Assembly (NCBI GenBank): GCA_001244265.2
Contig: CDLV01000014.1
Span: forward strand, 496,001-560,000
DNA: 64,000 bases
Direction: 5' to 3'
Origin: Microbotryum violaceum
Taxonomy: Eukaryota
The notes under the pieces: generated by a model
Databases searched by the model: none
What the model saw: only the letters and a program-made list of their open reading frames with translations
What the model was told of the DNA's origin: nothing
Shown here: positions 11,971-25,181 of the stretch, piece after piece
How positions within the stretch are numbered: the first letter of the stretch is position 1
How the letters are laid out: each line of letters begins with the position of its first letter
Position numbers and translations under genes: made by a program

Positions 11971-14053
11971 ATGCCTGAAACCTCGGAGCGTACGCCTCTC
12001 TTGCAGCGTGGGCTGCCAACGGCCCGTCATGGGTGGGAGTCATCACCGAAACCGGTCCGGGCATTCGGGACGATCCGGCCATTACACCCGAGCGGCCTAA
12101 GCAGCTCCAACAATTATGATCATCCCCCAATACCCGACATAGTACGACTTGGAATCGACTTATCTCGATGGCACAAGCTGGCGATCCTAACCGGAACCTT
12201 CGTCGCCGTCTTCCTCAGCTCCGTTGACACGACCATCACCACAGCGCTGATCCAACCCATCGCGATCGACTTGCGCGATGGCCCACACCATCGAGCTGGT
12301 TGGCTCGGGCCTTCTTATTTACTATCAAGTTTAATCGTCACGCCATTTTATGGGCGACTATGCGACATCGTCGGAAGAAGAAAGGCGGCCTGCTCCGCCG
12401 TGCTGTTGTTTCTGCTCGGGACTCTGGGTTGCTCAATGGCACCGAGCATGCCTCATATGCTCGGGGCCAGGATACTCGCTGGTTGCGGGTATGGTGGCAT
12501 GATGACCACCAGCGCGTTTCTCACGGCCGACCTATTCGTACTGAAGGAGCGATTACTCTACGGGGGTATCTCTGGCGTGTTTTGGACTGTGAGTTTCAAG
12601 CTTGTCATTCCGAAACTCTCGAGACGCCGACTGATACTGGCGTGATATTTTTCAACCGAGGCAGTGCGGAGCGGCACTAGGCGGTCCTCTTGGGGGGCTT
12701 ATGTATGGGTTCTTCGGATGGCGAGCTGCATTTATGGTCCAGGGCAAGTGATCGAACCCGAGAGGTGACTGACAGCTGTGGAGTTTATCGACTTACCTTG
12801 ATTTCTCGTCACCCGCAGTTCCGGTACTGGTCGCCGTTCTCGTTGGAAGCCTGTGCTTGATCCGCTATACTAGCGACGTACCACCAGCCCATTTGAGCTG
12901 GAGCATGCTCACTCGGATCGATTTCGGCGGCTGTGCGACCCAGCTCCTGGCCTTCGGCACGTTCCTCGTCTCGCTGGGTTTGCGCAACAACGACCTACTC
13001 CCCTGGTCAGATTCCAAGGTCATCTTCACCTCAGCACTCGTGCCGGTGTTTCTTGCCGCGTTTTTCTACATCGAGAGCAACATAGCCCGGGAACCGATTC
13101 TCCCCCTGGACTTGCTCAAGCCTAGGACGCCGTTTTTTGCCTTAGGGGTCACCTTCCTTGTCGCCATCACCAACTCGGCGCTCCTGCACCATCTTCCGAT
13201 CTACTTCATGACCGTCGAGTCGAGATCCGAAGTCAACGCGGCAGCACACCTGCTACCTGTGAGCATCTCTGCTGCAATCGGCGGTCTGACGAGTGGGATA
13301 TGGATGTTCCGGACAGGACGTTACTGGGGCGCGGGTTTGACCGTTTCGATCGTCGGAGGTGAGTCGCTACTGCCATCAGGCTCGGCTGCTTGGGAATTGT
13401 CACATCATTTCATGAGAGCAGAGAACCAAGTACGATACTTCTCGTGTCTCTTATTTCGCTGTCATCCGATCAGCATTGGCGACCTATTCGACTTTACTCC
13501 TCCAACCCTCGCAGCCCGAGCTGCTCAAATGGGTCCTCGTAATACCCTTGGGTATCGCCCCTTCCGTCGCTAAAGCAACCTCCTACGCCGCCATGATGGC
13601 CTACATACCACCCAGCCAAATCCCGATCATATCAGGGGCTCTATGGGCGTTCCGATCGGCAGGACAAATCATTGGACTCGGAATATCTACGACCGTTTTC
13701 CAAAGTTTGCTTGTGTCGACGCTTAGGGAGGATTTACCGAGGACGATTGCGGATGAGACGATTCATAGATTAAGAGAGGATTATATGTTCCTTAATACGC
13801 TGGATCCAGAATTGAAGGCGATCGCAAAGAAGGCATTCGCTAATGCCATGAAAGGGGCTTTCGGAGTCGCTGTAGTAGGGGTGACCTTGACAGTGATTAG
13901 TTTTGCCCTCGTGAGTCCGTCTACGAGAATCGGATTGAGACGAATTGAATCTTAACCTCCTCTTCTTAAACGCGGTTCAAACAGATCCCTGTACACTCCC
14001 TCACCTTGGAGCAGGACGATGTGCCGCCTGCGGCGGTGGCGGTGGCTGCATAG
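11971..14053 (+). CDS. MFS transporter, DHA2/Vba-like (probable vacuolar 14-TM drug or basic amino acid transporter)
   Basis: VFLSSVDTTIT, WLGPSYLLS, YGRLCDIVGRR (MFS motif A), ARILAGCGYGG, IDFGG, EPILPL; N-terminal ERTPLL dileucine signal; last exon IPVHSL...VAA*. Confidence 0.88.
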
Positions 14054-14579
14054 ACTTTTATTAGACGGTGGCGACCGGAGGAGGCTTGGCACGTGAGGGT
14101 TAATCTTTCCGACTCGGTGACATTTTGATTAGCAGTGAGGCAAGGACTTGATCGCGCTTATACTTCTGAACGAACAGATCGGTGTGGATGGGAGAGTCGA
14201 AGTGAATACCCAGCGACTCCGCGGAGCGGCGTGATTCACGGGACAGGAGCTCCGGGCACTAAGCAGAATCTGGCTGGCTTACAATTTTTTCACCGCCCTG
14301 TTAGTGTCCATATTTTCATCAATTTTTACTCAGACTACCAAGCCGTCTGAGAAAACACACCGTTGAATTGTCTCGATCGCGCAACGCAGCTTGAGCTCTG
14401 AAAGGCTTAATGTAAGACAGCACGCCATCCTCTTCGTTGACCCCACATTATTGCGACGCTGAATCCAAATCCCGATCCTGATCATGCCATCGGGCTGCGA
14501 CGCAAACTGGTACCGGTTCATTCTCGCTCACAGCGACGGAATCAACGTCAACTCGACCTGACTTCAACCCGGCGGTAAC

Positions 14580-15107
14580 ATGTCTGGTTCGGGTCTTCAA
14601 AGCGGTAGTGCTACAGAACGAACCTCGCTGCTCCAGCCTGCACGGAGCCTATCGCGGAACAGCTCCGGCGGCACGCCCAACCATGGAGCAGCTGCTCAAA
14701 CCTCCAGTAACGGCAGCCCACACTGTTTAACCGATCAAAGGCCGTCCTCCGCTGTCTTTCAAGGATTGCTCGTCACGGCTTTGAGGAAGGAGATCACGGG
14801 ACTCGAAGCGGAGGGATTGATCAAGGCCATTCGAGAGGATTCAACGGTGTTGAAGACGCTGCCACCGGAGTTGGAGAAGGCGGCGAGGAACGCGTTCGCG
14901 ATGGCTGTAAAAGGAGCTTTTGGAGTGTCGGTCGTCAGTGTCACGCTTTCGGTTGTCAGCTTTGCTTTTGTGAGTACGGAACGCGGGCGTCGTCGAGGTG
15001 CGCGCCGGTGCTGATGCGTCGGAGTGCTTCTTTCTTTGAAACAGATTCCCGTCTTGTCGTTGGAGGAGAAGGAGACACCCGCCGTAGCTGAACCAACTCA
15101 CGCTTAG
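14580..15107 (+). pseudogene. Internally deleted tandem paralogue of the MFS transporter (in-frame mini-gene or pseudogene)
   Basis: ERTSLLQ N-tail fused directly to SSAVFQGLL...NAFAMAVKGAFGVSVVSVTLSVVSFAF, homologous to STTVFQSLL...KAFANAMKGAFGVAVVGVTLTVISFAL of the neighbour. Same last intron, exon IPVLSLE...THA*. Confidence 0.8.
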
Positions 15108-15436
15108 CTCTTTCGACGATTCTGACTCGAGTTGCAGAATCTGCTAAGAACCGCTGTCGTTCTAGGTCGGATGCTTGTTTAAACCGGAGATAGATCCTTC
15201 GTATAAAGATTTAGAGAATGTAAAAAATAACCATCCAGTGAGACTGGTGGAACGACCGCGACGTTGAAGGCCAAGACGAGCTTGATTATAAACTGATCTA
15301 ATCATATTAGACCGCAATACTACCGGCGCGGTTGACCGATGGGCTTCGCAAACCGAGCCCTTCCGGTCCATCCATCGATCCCGCTCGCTCACGTGCCCGA
15401 CCCCCCTCTGCGACCGGCACACATACACCTCTTCTC

Positions 15437-16123
15437 ATGTCGCATCGACCGTTATGCCACAAGGCGACCAAGATCGTCGCTGATGCTCTCCGCGCCCAAG
15501 GTCAGTGCTCCCTTTTCTCGCTCGATTCATTCGACACCCGATCCTAAACCAAACCCCGAGTCCGCCATCCCCCCATCCCTGACCTTTTCCCGCCTACCGC
15601 CTACTCCGATTCAGGTCCTCTGACGACCCAATCGCTCTACGACGTCGTACACGCGACCCACCCTTCCTCGCTCCCCGCCCGTCCGCTCCCGAACCGTTAC
15701 CGAATGGGCCACACCCGTCCGCCGGCCTCGATCATGGAAATGCGAAGGCAACAACGCGAACAGGTCGATCTGCCGCGCGAAAAAGGAGATACGGATGGGA
15801 CGTGGTCGATGGCGTACTTGAAGAAAAAGGTTTTGGCGGGGATGCTGGAGAAGGGGCAGGTGGTCAAGATGACCAAGATCAAGTGGGATAAGTTGAGGGG
15901 CGTGGAACCGACGACGACGACGACGACGGAGGAGAGGGCGAAGGCAACGAGTGTGAAAGAAGCGACGAAGAAGTTGCAGAACTATGAGAAGAAGGCGGCG
16001 GAGACGCATTTCTGGATCCTCAAAGACACATTCGCGAAGGAAGGCATCTTCTTGCCTGAGCGGCGGGAGGAACCCTCCAGGCCAACGACATCGCGTGGAA
16101 AGGCCAACACGCGCAGGTTCTGA
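15437..16123 (+). CDS. Hypothetical protein (2 exons)
   Basis: ATG 15437 MSHRPLCHKATKIVADALRAQ, intron GTCAGT...CAG, in-frame join to GPLTTQSLY...WSMAYLKKKVLAGM...RRF*. No family recognised. Confidence 0.6.
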
Positions 16124-16216
16124 AGGGACAGTTATGATGTACGACACGTATGCAATGCAACACTGATAGTAAACGCACCCGTCGAAGAGTACAACACACA
16201 AGTTGGGGCCAAGTCC

Positions 16217-17110
16217 TCATTTTTCTCCCCGAGCGTCTTGGGCATTCGTCAAAAGATCCTCTTCACCGCCTTCCTCCTGCGCTTCGACATCTTCAACCAG
16301 ACTATCCTCCCCTTCCCTACGTTTCCTTATTCCTTTTCTCTTTTTAGCCGCCTTCTTACTTCTCTCCCGTTCCCTCTTCAACTCTTGTCGCGAACTCGCG
16401 CCGTTCCAGAGCACGTCCAGCTTTTTTCACGACCGAGTTCAAGTCAGTACCTTGGGACGAGCTATACAAAATCCTTGTAGGTGGCAATAATAAACGTACT
16501 TTCTCCTGCATCCTCTTCCTCGCGATCAACCGATTCGATTCCCTCGATCTCGTTTCCTTCACGAACCGATTGAAACGACCCAAAGAATCAGCTCCGAAAG
16601 TCCCTCCCTTCGCCCGAGGAAAAAAATAAAACTAACTTGACATTTGACCCTCGTACCGCTGGGGACGTGTAGGAGACTAACGAGGATGGAACTTTTGTTG
16701 ATGACTTGACCTCCTGGACCGCGACCTGAGCGGATAGGGAAGGAAGAAGTTTTCAGTCAGGACCGACTCAATTGCAAGTCGAGCCCCCACTTTGAGCAAT
16801 CAAACTCGTTCCTCGAGTGGTGCTCAATGGGTTCTCGGCTTCGCACCGTTACGACATAGGTTCAAGACCCTTCACACGTACCTCGAAGGAACTCCTCTTC
16901 CAAATCTCCTTCCACTAGAGGAGGGAAAGGCGGCAATTGTAGGTTCTTGGGTGGGGTACGGCTCTTTCCCTTGGGACGATCGGGAGTGATGGTCGAAGCC
17001 GTTGAAGGGAGGGATGGGGAGGAGGCCTCATTCGAGGAATGGCGATAGCTCTGGAGGCTAGGATGAAGGAATGCGGGTTTGAGTGGTGCGACGAGCCATC
17101 GTCGTAGCAT
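16217..17110 (-). CDS. Mitochondrial GGQ peptidyl-tRNA hydrolase/release factor (C12orf65/mtRF-R, Pth3-like)
   Basis: Mitochondrial-type N-terminus; DLEEEFLRG|RGPGGQVINKSS...HVPSGTRVKCQ|ETRSRESNRLIARKRM; basic C-terminal tail. Confidence 0.88.
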
Positions 17111-17487
17111 TTGAGGTCCGGTCGACGATGAAAGACGCGAGGGAGAGCAGCACCACGTCTCGATTCGCTCTCAACTCGCTCTCCAAATCGCCCTCAATTT
17201 TCAGCGCACAAACAAGCGATCGATCGAGATACTGAGTAGCATCATCGTGCGAGCTCTTTTAATCTTGGGTTTGCGAAAAGATAGACAAAAAAAAAGTGAA
17301 AGATAGAGGACCAGAGTAAAAGCAAAAAAAAAAAAAAAGTACATTCGAAGAAAATCGAGATGGAGAGTTGTGCCAAGGGAACCCGATCCCGGACCTGCAT
17401 TTGGATGGGCTGGCTTAGTAGAAAAGGACGAGGAAACACGCATAGAGCTCAGAGACGGCCGACCGGTGATACCGACCCCGACGTTTA

Positions 17488-19803
17488 TCACCGCTCGCCA
17501 AGGTTGGATAACCCGACGCTCAGATCGGGGTGTTCTGTATCATGCTGCCCCGCATTGGTCAAGCCGACCACTTGCGAATCATCATCCCCCGTACCCGAGT
17601 GAACTTCATTCATCGCTCCCGAAGCCGTTACGACGCTCGCCCCATTCGACCCGAGGTCCTCGACGGCCGAAGCACCTTCGACTCCACTGGCTTCACTCGC
17701 GATGACGGGCGCCCCTCCCGTTTCCTTTTGGTTCGCGGCGTTAACGTTCGTCAGCGGTGGTCGACCTGCTGCGGCGCTGGCCTTGATCTTGGCGTTGTCC
17801 GACCGCAGCGATTCCAACCCGACCAAGTACGACTCGTCGACACCACCCGTCACGTACTGACCCGTGAAGACGGAGCAGTCAAACTCCTTGATGTTGGGGT
17901 TAAACTGGCCGCATGATTTGACGAGGTCATCGAGCGTCTGGAAGATGGTCAAATCGGCACCGATCGTTCGCGAGATCTCCTCCTCCGTTCGACCATGGGC
18001 GACCAACTCGAAGCGCGAGGGCATGTCGATACCGTACACATTCGGATATCGGATCGGCGGCGCGCAACTGGCCATGATAACCTTCTTCGCTCCCGCGTCC
18101 CGAGCCATCTGGATGATCTCTTTCGAAGTCGTGCCTCGCACGATCGAGTCGTCGACGATCAGAACGACCTTTTGATTGAATTCCAACGCCATCGCGTTGA
18201 GCTTGCGTCGCACGTTCTTACGTCGAATCTCTTGGCCGGGCATGATGAACGTTCGGCCGACGTAACGGTTCTTGACAAAGCCTTCGCGGTAGGGCACGTC
18301 GAGCTTTTGAGCGACTTGCAGGGCAGCAACGCGAGACGTGTCGGGGACGGGGATGACGACGTCGACCTTGATGCCGGCCTCGGCCAGGCGCACGCGCGCG
18401 TTTTCGGCCAAAGCGTCGCCCATCGCCATGCGCGATCGGTAGACCGAGATGCCATCGAGGACCGAGTCGGGGCGAGCAAAGTAGACGTACTCGAACATGT
18501 CGGGCGCGAAAGTGCGAGGGGGCATGCATTGTTGGATGACAACGCCCGTCTTGTTGATGATGATGGCTTCTCCGGGGTTGACATCGACCCATTCGCTGAA
18601 GCCGAGCGCGTCGCAGACGACGCTCTCACTCGCGATGAGGTAGTCGTATCCATCGGGGATGGTCTCGCTCTTTCTCTTGGCCCAGCCAAGGGGTCGGATG
18701 CCATTGGGGTCACGGAAGCCGACGATGCCGAAGCCGGCGATCATGCCGACGCAGGCGTACGCGCCCGAGGTGGTGTGCATCACGTCGCGCAGCGCACGGA
18801 AGATGTCGTCCGAGTCGATGCGGAACTTGCCCGTCTTTTGCAGGGCATCGGCGAGCAAGTTGAGTAAGAGCTCAGAGTCGGACGAGGTGTTGATGTGTCG
18901 GTGGGCGTAGTGGTCGAGGTAGTATCGCAAGTGCTGCGTGTTGGTCAGGTTGCCGTTCTGCAGAGTACGAGGTCGAAAAGAACTTGTCAGCGCGTTTGGT
19001 TGGCGAGTGGGGTAGGATTAATACTCGACTGACGTGTCCCAAAACGATACCGTAGGGCGAGTTGACGTAAAAAGGTTGAGCCTCGGAGTGCGCCGACGAG
19101 CCCGCGGTGGGGTAGCGAGCTATTATCATTGATTGAGGAGACAGTCTCAGTTCTCGAGCACGCGACGGGAGAAGCGAGCCGGGAGCGAAAGCCGAAGCGA
19201 CTGACCGTGACCGACACCCATGGAACCGATCAACTGGGACAAGGACTTGGCATCGAGCACGTCCCTGACCATTCCGTTGGACTTGCACTGGAAGAAGCGA
19301 CCTTTGGGTCCGCACGTGACGATACCGCATGCATCTTGGCTGCAAGGGCATCATGGCAAGTTGGTCAGCAGCACAGGAAGCGCGCAAGCGTGTTAGCGCA
19401 TGTGCTTGTCGAGGCTCTTGAAGCATAGAATCGGATCTAGACGCTCGACATACCCACGATGTTGCAAGAGCTGCAACCCTTCTGCGAGTTCGCCCGCCGA
19501 GTTGCTCGCCTGGTCCGCGAGCAAGACGCCCAGCACTCCGCCTGCGAAGGCGGAAGGAGCCACCGAACAGCGCAGAGCAATCAACGTCGGGCGAACGATG
19601 GAAGGCAAAGCAGGGTTAGTCAAGTTGCAAAGATGAAGATCATTGGGACTAGCATGTCGTGTCATCGGTTGGCCGTACGACCGACGCCAAAAAGGGCCCA
19701 TCTTGGTGACGCGAGTGGAGGTGTGGTCGGTGCGCGCCACGAAAGATCATCGCGACACAGAACGACCGAATCGGCAACGACCAAATCGGCAAGACTTACA
19801 CAT
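17488..19803 (-). CDS. ADE4: Amidophosphoribosyltransferase
   Basis: First coding exon ATGT|GTAAGT joins to GC GGA giving [67 protein letters not shown]. Confidence 0.97.
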
Positions 19804-20015
19804 GATTCAAAGGGAAAATTTTGGGGAAGAGGAAAAGCTCGAGTGGGTGCACCCGAGGTGGGGGGGGGAGCGGGTTGAGGGCTGTGGCCTGGAAGCAGAA
19901 GAGCTGCAACCCACTGATTAGTAAAGCTCAGGCTCAGCTTAGACCGCTCCGTCGGCCTGCCGCGACGGCGCTCACTCATCATTTCAAAATCACCGTGATT
20001 TGGCCGACTTAAAAG

Positions 20016-23000
20016 GAAACTCCTATTGGATGGACAACAACAACAACACCAACAACGCCAGGCATGCTGCTATACCACCTCTTCGCCCTGACCCTCCCGA
20101 TCCTCCCGGCCAAGCCCCCGCCACCACCACCAAATCATACTCCGCCGCGGTCGGCGCCCGCTCCGCTGCGAAGCACGGAAACGCCACCGCCAACGCCTCG
20201 ACTGCCGTCGCCGCCCATCCACTGATGCACAACATCGAGAATTGTGTCATCATCAACACCCCACCCTCAACCTCGGTCGAGCAAGTCCTCCTCGCGCTTG
20301 ACAAATACTACCCTGGCCTTACCGGCGCAATGCCATGCGTCATCAAGGGTCAGCGCGGCCTCCGCTTTCCCAAGGCCGCCGATCTCGACACCCTGGTGGC
20401 CAACGGCCTCACTGTTGGCAAGACTCTGTGCAAAGTCGAGAAGCTGTACAGCTCTACTAGAGGAGGTGTTGTACAATGCACCCTTACGGGCTTTTTCTCC
20501 GACCCCGAGGGCCTCTGCCTATTCGATGAGCAGATCGCTGCCTATGGCACGGTCCTCCGTCGTCGCATCCAGTACATTGGAAAGACGAAACACATCTCTG
20601 GGGTGTACGACTTTATCCTTGCCCTTAAGGATGTAGATGTTTTGCCCCCTGCCTCACTTTCTATTGCTCGTGACGGTGTCACTGAGCGAATCCCACTGAG
20701 GATCACCGGTGGCATGCGCCACTGCGTCTTCTGCCGTTCCGCGGCTCACGTCCGTAAGGATTGCCCCGTCGCCCCGGCGTGCAAGTCCTGCGCGAGCACC
20801 TCGCACGCCACCCAGCACTGCCCGGCCCGTCATGTGTCGAGCCCCAGGGACCCCCCACGTCACGTGCCCCGCAAGCCTCCACCGTTACCACCGCCGCCCC
20901 GCCGCCGTGTCCAAGTCGATCTCCCCGGCCTCCGCCCACGACCGCACGACCAAAAAACGTCGAGTGGAACAGGATCTGGCTGCCCAGACTGAAGATCTGC
21001 CCAACAGAGCTCAGCCCGATTCTCTGTCGAAGAATGCCCGCCCCGAGTTCTCCTTCAATTTTCCTTGCAAAACTGCCACTCCTCCTGCCCCCCAGCCTGC
21101 CTCCAATCAGGGAATTGCCTACTCCCTCGTTGAAAAATCCTCCGAGTCCTCCAGCTCAGAGACCACCTCTCCATCCCCAAACCCTCCTCCGGCCACGCCA
21201 AAGTCGATCATAACTCGATCCAAGTCGATTGCCGCCCTCTCCAAGCCAGCCACTCGTGAAGCCCCTCCCACTGCGCCTGCCCTCGAAGCCTCCGAGCCGA
21301 GCCCGAGCCGTCTTCGCCCACGCCGTTGCCCTCAGCCGCGCCCAAAGCCCGACCCGATGACGCCGAAACCGACGACGAGGCCGACGAAGAAGCCGAAGAC
21401 CAAGAAGCACCTCCTAAAGACGTGGAAGATGCTATGGACCAAGATGATGAGCACAACTAAAATCCCAAACGTGTCTTTTGTTGCTGCCAACGTGCAGTCA
21501 ATCAATGAAGACCGTAAGCGTGCCTCTCTTTTCTCCAATCTCCGCTCCCATAACGCCGACGTCTTTCTCCTGAGCGAAACTGGCCGACCTTCCCCGAAAG
21601 GGTGGCCCAGTGGACTCAGGAGTGCCAAGACTTAAAGCTCTCCGCTCTTTTCACTCCTTTCAACAACACTGCCATACTTTGGAAGTGCGACTCCGTGGTC
21701 ATTACTTTTGATCCCGAGTCGCCTCCAAACACTCTTCGTGCCTCTTTCTCTTTCCCGGACCGAGTCACCGACGCCACCTTTTGTGTGGGTGATTCAAAAG
21801 TCCGGGTTGTATCAATATACGCGCCTTCCTCCGACAAGCCAAACAAAAAACGCTTCCTCTCACACCTCAGCACCGCCCTCCGACAAGTTGTACGTGACGA
21901 ACCCTCGCCGCCTGCGCTCCTAGTCGGGGGGGACTGGAATTGTGTTGAGTCCCAGCCCCTCGATTCGGAGAACCAAAACGGAACGAATTATGGGGGTCAG
22001 GAGATGCGCGACCTTGCCACGGCCAACAATCTTTTCGAGGCCTATCGGCTCCATCATCCCAAAGGACGAGCCATGACGAATCGCTCAGCGCCCGGCACGT
22101 GCCGTCGCCTTGACCGCATCTATCTCTCGCCTGATTGGGTCGACCTCTTCCATGATCACAAAATTTGGGCTCCTGTCCTCAAATCGACGCACTCAATGGT
22201 TGTGGCACGGTTCCAAGTGCCGGGCGCAATCGACATCGGTCCGGGCAAATTCAAGCTGGGTTTGCACGTGATCGAGGGCGACGCGACCTGCAAGTACCTC
22301 ACCTCCATTGTCCGCACCCTTTACAACAAAGCCCTCCTCCAGACGCCCAACAATCCACCAGCAGCTTGGACGTCCACCAAACACCGCCTGCTGCCCGAGC
22401 TGCAGGCTCTGGCCCGGACTTTCGCTCGGTTCCGTCGTGGCGGGTCGGAGCAAGAGAGGGCTGACCACTCGCGCTACGGCGCGGCCCTGCGGTCCCGCCT
22501 CGACCCATCTCTGGCGGGTCCCTCTTCCATCTTCATCCGCCTGCGCAAAGTGCGAGCATCCGACCTGATCCCTTCGCTCACGGTCAACGATGTTGTTCAT
22601 TCCGACCCTGATTCGATGCTTGGAGCGGCCAGCGACTACTTCGAGCGGGTCTATGAGGACCGCCCCATCGATGACGCGGTCCTGAAGGCGATCATCGACG
22701 GCCTCGCTTCAACTCGCCTCTCCCCCGCGGACTCACTCAAGCTCGAGGAAGCGTACCCGTTGGAGGAGATGACAAAGGCTCAAGCGGCGTGTAAGTCGAA
22801 CTCTTCGCCAGGGCCTGACGGCCTCCCGGTTGAGTTTTATCGCGCTACGTGGCCGGCCACTGGCCCGATTCTTCGAGACGTCATCAACTCGATCCCCACC
22901 GAGGCCCGTCAGCCTGGACCTCTTCCCCGCAACACCACCCACATCCATCTCATCCACAAACGCGGCGAGAGGGATCAGCTTTCGAACAAACGCCCCATAT

Positions 23001-25181
23001 CGCTCATCAATGCGGACGAGCGCATCATCTCGCAAGCCCACAACCAGCGCCTCGCTCCCTTGCTCGAGTCCCTGATCGGCCCAACCCAACGTGGCTTTGT
23101 TCCGAATCGTTGGATCGGCACGAACATCGCTGAGGTCCAATGTCTCATGGACCCTGGACTTCCGGGCTCAACACCCGTGTCTGGCATGCTAGCGGTGATG
23201 GACTTTGAAAGGGCTTACGATCGCCTTTCCCACCCGTACCTTGATGCAGTCCTCTGCGCCGTTGGCCTCGGCCCCAAAGCCCGCCAATGGTACCGAGCGA
23301 CCTACACCAACCAATCTGCCTCGATCTTCCTCAACGGTTGGCTCTCTGCCACTTTCGACATCCTGTCGGGCGTTCGGCAAGGTGATCCTTTGGCTCCGTC
23401 TCTCTTCGTCCTGGCGATCGAAGGTTTTGCCTGTCAGATTCGATTGAAAGTCAAGGGCATCGATATTGCGGGCCTCCAAAACGTTCGCGAACTCCTTTTT
23501 GCCGACGACGCTTGCTGCGCACTCCACAACCTCTCGGACCTCGACCACCTCAATCGGGCGATCGAGCTTTACGAACGGGCAAGTGCCAGCAAGCTCAGCA
23601 ACGTCAAATATTTCTTCTACCCCCTTGGAGCTTTTCGGGATCGGTCGATCGCCCCAGATCTCGGGACCTGGCGTCTCAGCGATTCGCAGTTTCGCTACCT
23701 TGGTATTCAGGTCGGGGTGGAGATCGCCGAGGATGCGGGCTGGGAAGATGTCAAGGCCTCGACCATCGCTCGGATACGCTCAATTCCGATGTACGATCTC
23801 CCATATGCAGCCAAGTGTTCGATCATCAATATCTACTGCTACACAAAGATCTTGTACTACAGCCGATTCCTTCCCGCCCCCAAGAGCGTTGTCAAGGAGA
23901 TCGAGGAGGCCGCCATGCTCGCCATTCACGGTCGAGCTTCGGATGGTACTCAGCGACGTCCGAAGGTCTCCCGGTCGCGCCTCTGCACCCCTCTTGATCA
24001 CGGCGGCTTCGGTTTGATTGATCTGCCTCGGCGTCTAGCAATCGATCACGCGAAGTGGGTCTTCCAGCTCCGGGCCCCGGACGGCTGCTTCACACGCCAC
24101 CTCTTCGACATCCGCATCCGCCTCCAGGCACCAAACGAACCAACCCCTTTCACCTTGTCCAGACCGGCCCCCAACCAGCATCGTTGCCCTTGGATTTGGA
24201 TCTGGTGGGCTTACTTTTGCCATCCTCCCCAAAGTGGGACCATGCGGTGAGAAAAACGATAAAACTTCTTCCTGCTCGTTGGGTCCGATACTTCGAAGCC
24301 TGGGCGTTGGTGACCACGCTCAATCCCCCGGAACTCTCCAAGAGCCAGAACCTCGAGCAATGGTGGGCGACGCACGTACTCTATTTCCCAGCGGGCCACG
24401 GAATACAACTCTCGGTAAACCCGAGGCTTTTTCGAGGGCCCGATGGCGAGGTGATGACCCCGTCTTCGTTTGTGAACGCGTCCAAACGCCACCAAGTCTT
24501 CATCTTCCCCCCTATCTTCCCCAAGGGACACCAGAAGGTATTCGATCTGCCTGAGCAACGCTGGAACGCTTGGTGGAAGGCTTTGCGCAAGGTTCGCCGG
24601 GTTCACTCGGGCGCCGAGGATACCGGCCACCTTCTCTCCCTGGGGTCCCTCCATCCGGGAAGCCAAGTCGCCTCCCCAACCAGCCCACATCCCAACAATC
24701 GATCTACCTCCTGTGTGATGTGCCTCTCGGAAGCACCGAGTGCCTGGTTCACCTCGCGGTCGGCTGCCCATTTGCCCGGCGCCTCTGGTCTGCTCTGTCC
24801 CCGACCCCCACCCAGTCTTTGTGGACTTTGTATGCCCGGTCGTGTCTCGCTCGGAACGTCGACTTGTCGAACTAAGAGTCCTCTTCTTTCACTCGATCTG
24901 GAAGCTGTGTCGCCGTCATCGATTCTCGTCGGATCTTTTGGAACCGATCACCGAAATGGAGTTCGAGGGGCTTCGAGCCTCTATCCAGGAGTCCAAGGGT
25001 CGCCTAGTGTCTCTGTAAGACACCAAAGGGGTTTTGGTGGGTATGGTTGATCCTGGTTCAGGGTCAATGAGTCCTACACTACTGGCTTCTGCCAGTGTGC
25101 GTAACAGCATTCCCTCCGACTTTTCCGAAGATTTCTAGGTATTAATATAATTATGCTGTTAATGAAGTCTATCAAATAAAA
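20016..25181 (+). mobile_element. Full-length L1/Tx1-clade non-LTR retrotransposon, copy 2
   Basis: Same ORF1 (ATG 20030) and ORF2 (stop 25018) as copy 1, with seven 1-bp C-run deletions. Flanked by TAAAAG at 20010-20015 and 25182-25187 (candidate target-site duplication). Confidence 0.96.

Noticed and set aside
17280-17340. Poly(A) runs as a retro-insertion tail
   Set aside because: They lie just downstream of ADE4 (T-rich on its sense strand), with no TSD or element body.
17995-18867. Long antisense ORFs (also 5429-6208, 35757-36473, 46119-46697, 57608-58093)
   Set aside because: Shadow frames of GC-rich coding sequence on the opposite strand, with no recognisable motifs.
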